Assembly (NCBI GenBank): GCA_010909165.1
Contig: MU008179.1
Span: forward strand, 248,001 to 312,000
Direction of reading: 5' to 3'
Length of the DNA: 64,000 bases
Source of the DNA: Anthoceros angustus
Taxonomy: Eukaryota; Plantae; Anthocerotophyta
Shown: positions 24,585-34,819 of the stretch, piece by piece
How the letters are laid out: the number at the start of each line of letters is the position of its first letter
Position numbering within the stretch: the first letter of the stretch is position 1
Made by a program: the position numbers and the translations under genes
Notes under the pieces: generated by a model
Databases searched by the model: none
The model's input: the letters and a program-made list of their open reading frames with translations, nothing else
Told to the model about the DNA's origin: nothing

Positions 24585-26049
24585 CCCTTCCTCCGCCTCA
24601 CGCCATTTGCAGCACCGCCACCGGCATCAGCGTCAGCCTGTTTCACAAGCCGCAGCGATGAGAGGCAGAGCAAGAGAGGTCTTCCCCCTCCGGCCCGCCA
24701 TGCCCACAATCCCCAAGCCACCGCCTGCCCGACCCAGCCCGGATCTTGCTCCTCCACTCACGTGCCCGCATTTCCCGGCCCCGCCTCCAGATCCCCCGGG
24801 GCTGCCTCCTTTCCCGCCCCGCGCACAGCACCTGCCTGCGGCTGCGCCCCAAGCGTCCGGCCTGCACCCTGCAAATGGATCCCGACAACACAAGGCAATT
24901 CAATTTGCTTGCGCACCATGTTGCAGAGCAGACCGCGACATGCACCGCCGCCTGCGCTTTCCTCTGGCTGCGCCGCACCTGCCTCTCTGCCCTCGCTGCG
25001 CAATCAGATGGCCTGCAACTGCGCCAGATCCTCGTCCGCCGATTTGTTGCTGCTTAGAGCTCGCAGCTTCAAGCTTGGAGCTTGGAGCTTGGAGCTTGGA
25101 GCTTGAAGCGCGCACTTTGTCTCGCCAACCTCCGTCCTTCCGTCTCTCTCCCTTCTGCCGTTGTCAGGACAGCCGGTGGTACCGGTCGTGGTGCCTGCCG
25201 CCTTTGACTGCACATGCCATGCGCTTGCGTGGCCACGCACCGATTTACCGGCTACTCACCGTGCCTTGGCAGTTAGTTGCTGTACCGGCTTTCTTCGATC
25301 ACCACTCCACCCCACCTCCATAATGACCACTTATATAATTAATTGATTATGAATGAGAATCATATTAATGGCTTCCCCCTACTGTTTGACGAACAACACC
25401 CTCATGCCAAAATCAGTAGGTAAAGGCCCAAAGCTCGCGTGGCGGGTGAGAAGAAATTGTGTGGGGTCATATCCTTGGATCCGTAGGTGCATTCACCTTA
25501 CCTCGCACGTATTACTTCTTCGTAGGGCTACACCACCTGGAATAAAATCGAAAGATCTTATTGCAATGTGATCAAATATATTAGTAAACAGAAATGGAGA
25601 GTTCCCGTCAAGAAGGAGTCTAGCCAAGACAACAGAGCCGAGCCGAGCCGAGCCGAGCCGAGCCGAGCCGAGCCGAGCCGAGTTAAAGTGAAATCGATTT
25701 ATGAGCTTCCCGCCGGAGTGACCTTGTGGTCCTGCACAGCTCATATGACTACTCATCAGCCATCTATTTCTGTTTCTTTTACGAAATGGAGGAGGAGCTT
25801 GACATGGCTGTTGAGTCCAAGAAATGTTGTCTCCTTTCCGACAACCTTCCTTCTCAGAGGCATGGTTCAATACTTCTTAATTCTGAAGACAATATTTCTT
25901 CCTGTAGGGAAGACTTCTCGGGCAGACATGTTCTCCTTGAACATGTTCTTCTGGAGCAGCACCGGCAGCAGGCGGCGGGTCAGCAGGATGCGGGGATGGA
26001 CATCATCCTGCTGCCGGTGCTGTGCGAGGCGTGGGTTCACCTGAAGTCT

Positions 26050-26770
26050 ACCTCCTAACCAATAAGCCTGAATCCTGCCTCCTCCTCCTATCCAGCAGCC
26101 CTTCTTCCACAATCAGTGAGTGTGCACTGGTGCCTGCCCTTCTGTACAGCACCAGTGGTTGCACAGGCCGTCAGAAGGCAAGCTAAAGTAACATGTGCAC
26201 CCAAACTCGGACCCTCCTGCTCCATTTTTCCACATCACACCAAGTGCCTCTTGGCCGAGCCTTGCTGCGTACCCGGGTATGTGTGAGCCACGTTCTTTTG
26301 TGGCCAAAGCTATCAAAATCCTGCCATGCATCTTCCCGTTCACCACGGCATCCTCTTTTGACAATCCGTGAGTGCAGTTGCCTGCCCTACTACAAGGCAC
26401 CAGTGCTTGCACAGGCCTTCAGAACGCAAGCAAAAGTAACATGGTCAGCTAAAATCAGCCCCTCCTGCTCCATTTGCCCATACGCAACAAGCGCCTCATG
26501 TCCGAACCCCTGCTGTTTACCCAGCGATGCGAACATTCCATGTCTCCAGATTCTTTGTGAGCATGTCGTCAAAAACCTAGCGAGCATCTTCCAGTTCACC
26601 ACATTTTGCATACATGTCCACCTGGCGGGTGCCCACCAGTACGCCATCCAGAGTCCTCTTTCGACAATCTGAGCGTGCAGCCGCCAGCCCTACTGCAGGC
26701 ACCAGTACTGCTTGCATAGGCCTTTTGCAGGCAGCCACACCTTGCCCAATTCTCTTCGGTTCGTGCTTTA
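26050..26770 (-). pseudogene. PLS-class PPR (RNA-editing-factor type) pseudogene fragment
   Basis: VDMYAKCGELEDAR, TFACVLKACASTGAL and LHSRIVKRG motifs in shifting frames with stops. Confidence 0.8.
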
Positions 26771-27073
26771 CAAGGAGTAAGCAGGATGCATACCAAGATA
26801 GTATCAAAGATACCTAGAAGAAGAAGAAGAAGAAGAAGAAGTCCATTACCTACCCAGTGTACGACGTTCCGAATCATATGTCTCTTCAAGGTTCCCGATG
26901 GAATTGCAAGCGTTCCAAGCTACTTTGAAGGACCGTGTGAAATGAACGCAATGCATATAAAGCTGGTCGAAAATCAGTGTGTGGGATGAATACGGATCGG
27001 AGCATGCGGACGCTTAGCAGTGAGCAGGGCAGGCGAAGTGAGGTGAAGCCAAGGGGAAGAGCAGGAGGGGTGG

Positions 27074-29001
27074 ATGGCGGCCCCGGGGCGGGGATCGGCG
27101 GCGATCGGGGAGTGCAAGGTTGTGGTGGGATTGGATTTGGGCAGCACGGCGTCGGGCTTCGCGTTCTTGCAGAGGGAGCCGACGATCGCGTTCAAGAGAC
27201 GCTACGAGTATCCGTGGCGTCTCCCCAGCCGGGAGACCCGGGAGACCATGAGCTTCTACGAGTGGCCGGGCCAGGCGCAGAGTTACTGCAAGACGCTCAC
27301 CTGCGCGCTCTACGGCTGGGGCGCCAGCTCCAGCGCTAGCTCGGAGGCAGAGCCATCCACGGCGAGCTACCGGCTGCTTGAGTGGGGTGGCCGGCGCAGG
27401 CGCGCTACCTGCAGGACAGGGACCAGGGCGGGGCAGGGGCAGGGGCAGGGGCAGGGGCAGGGGCAGGAGGGACCTTCCTCACGCGGTTTAGGCTGCGTCG
27501 GAGCCCGAGGGTGTACAACGCCGGGGACGGGAGGGGCTCCCGGCGGAGCTCACCGTGGAGAGAGTGGGGAGGAATTCCTGTCGAGGATGGCGGAGTTCGT
27601 GGTGCAGTACCTGCAGCGAGGCTACGGGAAGCGGCTGGCGAGGCGCGACATCCAGTGGTGTCTGGCGGTGCCGGCGGCGTGGCACAAGCAGGCCAGGAAG
27701 GTGATGCGGGCGTGCGCGGAGCGCGCGGGCCTGGGCAGCCCGCGCCCGCTGCGGGTGGTGACGGAGGTGGCGGCGGCCGCCGTGCACTGCGTGCACAAGG
27801 GCTGCGCACCGTGGGACCTGGACCCCTGCAGCTCTTCCTGGTGGCGGACGTCGGGCGGGGACGCTGGACGTGTCGCTCCTCTACGTTCTGCCCAACGGGG
27901 AGGTTGCGGCGGGTGCGGCGGCACCGGGAGGACTTCAGCGTCGACACCATCATGATGCGGGTGCTGGAGACCACGTTCCCGGGATTCGATTTCTCCGGAG
28001 CCGACGCCGCCTCCGCCTCCGCCCGGTCACACATCCACAGGTGGTGGCAGGCGGTGAAGGTCGCCTTCCCGGGGGGCTTCCACAAGTTCCAGTCCATGAA
28101 CGGGGAGGTGGTGAGGAACGAGGCCGCGGCGACGCGGGGGTCGGAGGCCATGCAGCGACTGCCCCCGGCCCTGTTGCGCCGGCTCAGCGGCGGCCCGGGG
28201 CAGCTCGGGCTCCCCAACTCGCCCCCCGTGGTGCCGGAGATCCTGGACCGGGCCGCGCACCAGGTGGCGGAGCGGATCCAGGCGCAGGTGCAGCCGGAGC
28301 AGGATCGGGGCGTGCGCATCGTGTGCGCCATGCTGGTGGGCGGCCTGCTGGAGTCGTCCTACTTCTGCAGCAAGGTGGAGACGATGCTGCGGTGGCCGAA
28401 GGTGGTGGTGCCGCCCGAGCCCGGGAGCGCCGTCTCCCGGGGCGCGGCCTTGCTGGGAATGTTTCCCGACCTGCGCGTCGGCAGGAAGGCAACCTCCACT
28501 TACGCGCTCGGGATGGCGCGCTTCTTCCGCGAAGGCGACCCGCCAGAGTCGCTCCTGGAGGTGGGCGGCGTCAGGTACTGCAAGACGGCGCTCTGCGTGT
28601 TTCTCAGAATAGGGGAGCGGGTGGATCCCGGTCGGAAGGATGAGAGGTGCTTCAGGCCAGTCTTCCAGAACCAGAAGAAGATCCTGGTGCACGTCTACAT
28701 TTCCAGCCGCCAGGACCCGCCGCGGTATACCACGGATCCCGGGGTCGAACTCCGGGCCACCTTCGCCGTCGACATATCTGGGGACCTCACTAACCAGCTT
28801 CAGCTGCGACGCCACCTTCAGTTCACCATGTATTACGGAGTGCCTTCCAGGTTGCCTTACGGGGGGCATTACATCTGGCTGGAGGCACGGCGGCTGAATT
28901 TTGGCGACACTAATCTCATTGAAGAGCTGAAGAGGGAGGTCCCCTTCAAGTCTGAAATTGCACTCTTCGAGACCTCCGATTCTGGCGTGGCGCTCTTTTG
29001 A
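27074..29001 (+). CDS. HSPA12-like Hsp70/actin-fold ATPase, intronless, apparently frameshifted (pseudogene or consensus errors)
   Basis: VVVGLDLGSTASGFAF, YCKTLTCALY, IQWCLAVPAAW, LRVVTEVAAAAVHC, FLVADVG.G, MLVGGLLES and AVSRGAALLG are spread over ORFs 27074-27955 and 27382-29001, with about 4 frame switches. Confidence 0.75.
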
Positions 29002-29274
29002 AGCAGCATCAGCCTTGTCATTCCATTACGTTACACACACATTACAAGTGTCTTTTTCTTTCCCCTTCACACATTCCGTTTCCTTTCCCTTCGTCAATAG
29101 TGAAGAACCCGACCAGACTACCTACAACCCAACCAGACTACCCTACTGGACTGTACAAGTCCTAACTCTAGGATGTACATGAGCATAGCAGAGTAGGGGA
29201 GACAACATTGCTACATGGAACCTGTACAAAGAAAAAAAGAGGCAGTGTGGTGAGCGGGATTGCTTGCCGAAACT

Positions 29275-31473
29275 TTACTTGGGTTGCCATGCTGACAGAG
29301 CGCTCTGGACTGTCTCCTTCCAGCCCATCAGCACCCATCCTTCGTCCTGCCCTACTCCAAAGTTCTCGTGGAATTCTCGCAAGACTTCCCGGGTTTCCTC
29401 GAACACCTCTTCTTTCACCGGCACCTGCTGGAAGCCGGCGTTGAGAATGCGGCGCTTCCACTGAGTGTAAAGCTCGGCTCGTTCTATTCTCTCCAGGCCC
29501 TCGCAGGCAACGATGTTGAGGATGTCCCTTCCCATCAGCTCCTTCTCCACGATATATCTCTCTTCGCTGTCCCGGGCCACTGTGACATCCAGGGCTTCGA
29601 AGTAGGCCAAGTAATGAGAGAAAGCTTGCACGAATCTGCCGTTGTAGAAGGGCACGTTGCAGGCAGCACTCACGACTCCGGTGACCAACACCTTGGGCTT
29701 CATGCTCCTCACTCTCTCCAGCACTGTTCTTCTGGGGCTGGAGGGGAGGACGCTCTCGTCCAGGAGATGGTGCAGCCGGAACATGGAGGTGACGGCCAGC
29801 ACTTCGTCCTTGCGGAGGTTGACAGAAAAAGGGTGCACGTTCTCCCACTTGTCCGCGATGGCTTTGTACTCGAAGGGCAGGTTGAGACCCTCTGCAAACT
29901 GTCCTAGCTTGATGCCTGTCTCCTTCACTCTCTGCACGGGGTCCAGACCCGACTGCGGAAACTCTATCCCAGTGATGCGGAGGAGCTTAGGAGGCCCCCC
30001 CGGACGGTTAGCAAGAGCCTGCATGAAGCTGGGCCAATGATGCCCGTACAAAATCCCATAGTCAATGATGTGCACTCGCTCAGCTCCTTCGAAAGCGTCC
30101 AGCAAAATCCTGTTGCCAAAAATCTGGGACATGCGAAAATGAGGAATCTTCTGCATGTACAGCTGGTACGCTCGGAGAACGTTGCTGGCAGCTGGCCCTG
30201 TTTTACAAGCGGCAGTGAAGAGATCCGCCCCTGTACCAGATAGCCTAGCCCCCAAAGCCTCCACGAAGTAATGCGCCAGACGTTGCAGCCCAGACCCCCA
30301 GGGCGTTGCGAACTGTCGCATGTTGCCCAGCAGAGCATTAGCAGTGCCGACATCGTCAGCATTCACTGCCTGAGCGCACTCCAGTAACTGCTTCGTCACG
30401 TCTTCCGCTGAATAACCTGGCGCAGACCCTGGAGAACCATCCAAGCTGGGCAGCTGCGGGGAGGAGGGAACCTGCGCATCATTGAAGCCGGGCAGCTGCG
30501 GGGAGGAGGGAACATGCCCACCATTGAAGCTGGGCAGCTGCGGAGACGAGGGAACCTGACCACTATTGAAGCTGGGGAACCGAGGAGACGAGGGAACCTG
30601 ACCACCATTGAAGCTGGGCAACCGAGGAGACGAGGGAACCTGACCACCATTGAAGCTGGGCAACCGAGGAGACGAGGAAACCTGTGCACCATCAAAACTG
30701 AGAAACTGACGGGAGGCAGGAACTTCAAAGCCAGGCACCAGCGGAGAGGCTGGATTTCCGCCCCCACCAGGCAACGCATACTCTCCGTCGCTCCACATTT
30801 TCTCATCGGCATCCAGACCTAGACCTTGAGAGAAGTTCACAAAATCCTCCACGTTGAGCCAGTTCTCCACGAGGGCATTCGGACACTTGGTGGGATGCAA
30901 CGGCCCATCCGAGAACTCCAACCTGTTCGTCACATCCCCGATCAAATCCGCCAGCTCATTGTGCACCGCCTGGTACGCCGTGCAGTCCACCAGCATGTGC
31001 TTCTGCTTACACAGCCCCTGGTCCGCAAGCAGGTGAGCGAAATAGGCCAAAGTCGGGTCCACCCGCTGCTGCTGCTCACCCCCAAGCCCGGGCGCCGGAG
31101 ACGACAAAACGTCCCACCCTTCCAGCTCCGTGTTCAGCGTGCCCTCCGACAGCACTGGGGACGACACCGCCCCCGCAACCCGCATACTCCCAGACCCGTC
31201 ATACGAGGTCGGGGATGGAGCCCAGGCCACGGAACCAGGGGAGGGAGTCCAAGCTTCCTGATCAGCCTCCGGCACGCCATTCCCCGCCCTCTCCTCTCTC
31301 CCGCTGGAGTTCACACTGGAGAAGGAGTTGGACTGCCCCAGGGTTTGGCCCATCGACACAGACCTCTCCTTGGCCGGGGACGCCGGCGGCGGAGAAACCA
31401 TGCTCCCCTTGGGCATCTGCGTCCGCAGCCATGCCTGCTGCAGCTGCGCCGTGAGGGAACCCCTGTCCGCCAT
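29275..31473 (-). CDS. GRAS transcription regulator, SCL14/LISCL-like, intronless, 732 aa
   Basis: LLECAQAV (LHRI), QRLAHYFVEAL, RVHIIDYGILYGHHWPSFMQALANRPGGPP (VHIID), PKVLVTG...F (PFYRE), GRDILNIVACEGLERIERAE...W...SAW. Confidence 0.95.
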   Translation of the reverse strand: MADRGSLTAQLQQAWLRTQMPKGSMVSPPPASPAKERSVSMGQTLGQSNSFSSVNSSGREERAGNGVPEADQEAWTPSPGSVAWAPSPTSYDGSGSMRVAGAVSSPVLSEGTLNTELEGWDVLSSPAPGLGGEQQQRVDPTLAYFAHLLADQGLCKQKHMLVDCTAYQAVHNELADLIGDVTNRLEFSDGPLHPTKCPNALVENWLNVEDFVNFSQGLGLDADEKMWSDGEYALPGGGGNPASPLVPGFEVPASRQFLSFDGAQVSSSPRLPSFNGGQVPSSPRLPSFNGGQVPSSPRFPSFNSGQVPSSPQLPSFNGGHVPSSPQLPGFNDAQVPSSPQLPSLDGSPGSAPGYSAEDVTKQLLECAQAVNADDVGTANALLGNMRQFATPWGSGLQRLAHYFVEALGARLSGTGADLFTAACKTGPAASNVLRAYQLYMQKIPHFRMSQIFGNRILLDAFEGAERVHIIDYGILYGHHWPSFMQALANRPGGPPKLLRITGIEFPQSGLDPVQRVKETGIKLGQFAEGLNLPFEYKAIADKWENVHPFSVNLRKDEVLAVTSMFRLHHLLDESVLPSSPRRTVLERVRSMKPKVLVTGVVSAACNVPFYNGRFVQAFSHYLAYFEALDVTVARDSEERYIVEKELMGRDILNIVACEGLERIERAELYTQWKRRILNAGFQQVPVKEEVFEETREVLREFHENFGVGQDEGWVLMGWKETVQSALSAWQPK
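30438..30700 (-). repeat. 42-bp (14-aa) coding tandem repeat, about 6 copies, in the GRAS N-terminus
   Basis: SFNGGQVPSSPRLP-type units in the protein; gagacgagggaacctgaccaccattgaagctgggcaaccgag in the DNA. Confidence 0.92.
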
Positions 31474-32730
31474 CTCCCTCTAAACCTAATCGCCTCGCCA
31501 CGTCTCGCTTCAGCCTGCAGCTCCACCTTCCCGCTACATGCTCCCGGTCACGCAAACAGTCCACGTTTGCGCCGCCCTTGGCCGCCTGAAATGCATACAT
31601 GTATGGAGCCTGGCGGTCGAGCAGCGCAGACGTTCACGACGCCCGAGCAAGATCATGCCATTCCCTGGAGCCTGCTCGTCTTGCATCATGGAAATCCGTA
31701 CTTAAAGCCGACCTGCCCTGGCCAGAGGCACGTGCAGCTGAGAGAGCGCAGACGGGCGTAGGCAGACCGATCGTGCTCGAATCAACTCCAGTGATAGGCG
31801 CTCCAACCGCGGCCCGCGATTGGAAGGTCCAGATATCAAGACACCTTCCAGACCTCCGCCTATGGCAAGCGCTCCATGCGTCCTCCAGCGAGGAGACATG
31901 CACTTGGCAAAATGGGGAATTGGCTGTTATCCCTTGATTGCTTGCTTCGAACGTGATTGTCTTATTAATTTCCCACACAAAATAAGGTCTGAAACTGCCG
32001 TGGAAGTGGCGGGTGTGCGGGAACGATCTTGGTGCTGGCTAGCCGATCAAGGATGCTGACGAGGGAATATGGAATCACACTATCCACATTTCCACCCAGA
32101 GGGAGAGCTGCTCTGCAGCACTCGGTCCACACAGTTGGGAGACTGTGCTGAGCTTGTCTCTTTTCACACACCTACTATTATATTGTATCCTCCCGGGAAG
32201 TAGAACTGCAGTCCATCTTTCTATACACATCACGGGTAGTAGAATGCAGGCCATCGTTTCAGCAACATCATCGTCCTGCGATGGTCCGGCTAAGGCACCT
32301 GGATATTACCCGCATATTACACGACAATCAGCAGAACGAGCTCAGAAGAGGTTGACGGCCATGGTCGTTGTCACCAAGTGCCAACTCAACTTGCAACTTC
32401 AGGCTAACCTCAAACAGCTTCCATGCTGGCAGTTTAGACAAACTTGGGGCCAACGAACATCATTCAGCCATTCAGCTTGAACTTCATGACGAAACGAATC
32501 TTCTCCATCGTTTCCAGTCTTGCCCCTCCTCTTGTCATCTGTCAGACACCGCCATCCCTGGCGTGTTGCATGTCACTCATTCCCTCCATCTAAGGCCCTG
32601 GACTTTGTTGCAGTTGTTTCATGAGGGAGCTGTGATTGTCACTAGCCAACACCAGTCAGACGGAAGGGAAAGTTCGGGATGAGCACCTGGTTGGATTGGA
32701 CACTAGAATCCACTCTTTCTCTGAGCAAGG

Positions 32731-34431
32731 TCATAGAGCGTTGTTCTCAGGTGTTAGGTTCACCAGTTTAGGACGCCTGGTGATGGGATCCATTTCAACA
32801 GAAAAGCCCATGTTATGAACTTCTTCAGTGTTCACAGAACCCTGGACTTCCAACCCGGCTACTTCCATTTGATTCTTCTCATTCTCCAGGAGAATATTCC
32901 GCATGGCCCAAAAGCCCCACTCTCTCAAGAAGGGGTTCTCCTTGTCCACGACACTTTGCTGAAGCACAAGAGTAAGCCCCCCGTTATTACGAACTGTATC
33001 CTGGGCCTGCGGATTACGGAAACACATGTTTGCTATGACGGCGACAATGTCCCTCCTGTAGCCTGGATAAGGATTTTTCTGCGCAAACTCAGACAGGGAT
33101 GAGCTGCTACTGCGATCCTCCAATTCAGAAACAGTGGCGGTAGACTTGGCTTTCACAGTTTCAGGAGGTCCCAACGCCTCCAGCATGTCCAGCATCAACT
33201 TGAGCAAACCATGTGAAAGGAGCTGACCAAGTGTGTGCGAGCGCCACTCTTTTAGGGATGCACCATCTGCCTCCCAAGAGCAAATCATTCTCAGAAAAAA
33301 CAACCCAAATCGTAAAACATCCGCTGCAACTACGGTGTCACCACCCACCGCGAAGTGTCTGCCTTGCCCCCCTACTCGTACTAGGTCAACCAGAAAAGTC
33401 ACAGAGTCCACGTGAAGAGGAGGATTCGCATCTGTATCATGTGTAATGCCTGACGTATCGCTCCTGGCCTGGAACAACTCCTCTGCCCTGTCATGCAAAA
33501 TGGAGCATAGCGTCCCCAGCAGTATCGCCTGGTTCTTGCCAAATGAAGCCGTTTCGAGCGAAGATCCCAAATCGGAAATTACTGCTGGACCAAGCGAGCC
33601 GAACACTCGAGCAAGAAACGGCTGCACCAAACACAAATGTGTCAGCAGAAGCTCCAGCCAAACATGCACTTCCCTCTTGGAACCCTCCACATCTGCAAAA
33701 AGCACCATACCCCCGGCTCCAGGCTCCTGTACACCTGCCTCCGCATGTTCAGCAGCGGCAGGGGTGTCAAAACCTCCATACCCAAGATGTTCCTCCGCGA
33801 AGTTCAACAAAGGCGCCAGAAGCAAGTGCCCGGCCTCACACAGCTCCCGGCTCCTCACCTCGCTTCCCCGGCAGCAGGTAAACAGCAGCATACACAAGGG
33901 ATCATAAACTCTGGCTTCATCCAGCTCAGAGAAGGAGTGAAACAAATCAGGAAACCACTCCCTCCACACTGTACCTTGATTCTCTTCCCCGCCAGTAACG
34001 AAATTCCCCAACAACTGAAGCACCAGCACTAAGAACTCCAACACTGGCCCTACATCACCCCCCTTTACAAGTAACGCCTGGGCAATCCTCCCAACAGTTT
34101 CCACGCCTTTGGACTTCCGAAGGGCCTCCTGATTGCTCCTCACTCCGGCACACAGATTCCTCAGCAGTTTAGTTACCAGCAGCATGACACGGAAACCCCA
34201 GTCCTCAGGGACAAGACGAAAAGATTCTCCATCTCCAACAACAAAACCTCGGCGCAGAACTGCTAGGAGCTGTGGCATTACAGCTGCCCAGCCACTCCGC
34301 TCACGGAACTCACATTCCAGCGTCCTCTTCACAGCAGACTGCAGAGCCCCGCTAATCTGCTCCAGCGACCCATCCTGCCAATCGTTCAGACCCTGCAATA
34401 AATTCACAAACTGCCCACCATCGTCCGCCAT
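32731..34431 (-). CDS. ATXN10: Ataxin-10 domain ARM-repeat protein, intronless, 566 aa
   Basis: KLLRNLCAGVRSNQ, LQLLGNF, and C-terminal PYPGYRRDIVAVIANMCF...QDTVR..GGLTLVLQQSVVDKENPFLREWGFWAMRNILLENEKNQ. Confidence 0.92.
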   Translation of the reverse strand: MADDGGQFVNLLQGLNDWQDGSLEQISGALQSAVKRTLECEFRERSGWAAVMPQLLAVLRRGFVVGDGESFRLVPEDWGFRVMLLVTKLLRNLCAGVRSNQEALRKSKGVETVGRIAQALLVKGGDVGPVLEFLVLVLQLLGNFVTGGEENQGTVWREWFPDLFHSFSELDEARVYDPLCMLLFTCCRGSEVRSRELCEAGHLLLAPLLNFAEEHLGYGGFDTPAAAEHAEAGVQEPGAGGMVLFADVEGSKREVHVWLELLLTHLCLVQPFLARVFGSLGPAVISDLGSSLETASFGKNQAILLGTLCSILHDRAEELFQARSDTSGITHDTDANPPLHVDSVTFLVDLVRVGGQGRHFAVGGDTVVAADVLRFGLFFLRMICSWEADGASLKEWRSHTLGQLLSHGLLKLMLDMLEALGPPETVKAKSTATVSELEDRSSSSSLSEFAQKNPYPGYRRDIVAVIANMCFRNPQAQDTVRNNGGLTLVLQQSVVDKENPFLREWGFWAMRNILLENEKNQMEVAGLEVQGSVNTEEVHNMGFSVEMDPITRRPKLVNLTPENNAL

Positions 34432-34612
34432 TGCCGCTTTTTGCTGGGCGACTGTGCACTCATCAACCAGGTACGTAAACCAGTTTCACATTCATCACAA
34501 TTTTTTAACAACGCGATGTAATAGCCTGCTCCTGTTAGGTTCTTATCTGCTGGGATTTCTGTTGCCGTTGAAAGGGCCTTCCTTCTTTATGACCTACTTG
34601 GAGTCTTTGTTT

Positions 34613-34736
34613 TGGTCGGAGTGCTGGGCCTGACTTCTGGCTTTCTTGCACCTGGTGGGCTGCAGGGACGTGCTTGGTCGGAGTGCTGGGCCTGACTTCT
34701 GGCTTTCTTGCACCTGGTGGGCTGCAGGGACGTGCT
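34613..34736. repeat. 62-bp exact tandem duplication in the divergent ATXN10/F-box intergenic region
   Basis: tggtcggagtgctgggcctgacttctggctttcttgcacctggtgggctgcagggacgtgct, 2 copies. Confidence 0.92.
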
Positions 34737-34819
34737 TGGTATCCAGGCACGATAGCCTGGTAATCGAAAGTTGTGAAACATTTTAAGCCTCCAGCAGACA
34801 GTTGTTGTGGAGGTGAGCT

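Noticed and set aside
23544-25106. 520-aa ORF and other long overlapping ORFs (e.g. 27405-28331, 30826-31761, 52412-53320)
   Set aside because: Antisense or alternate-frame shadows of GC-rich genes and repeats, with no independent motifs.
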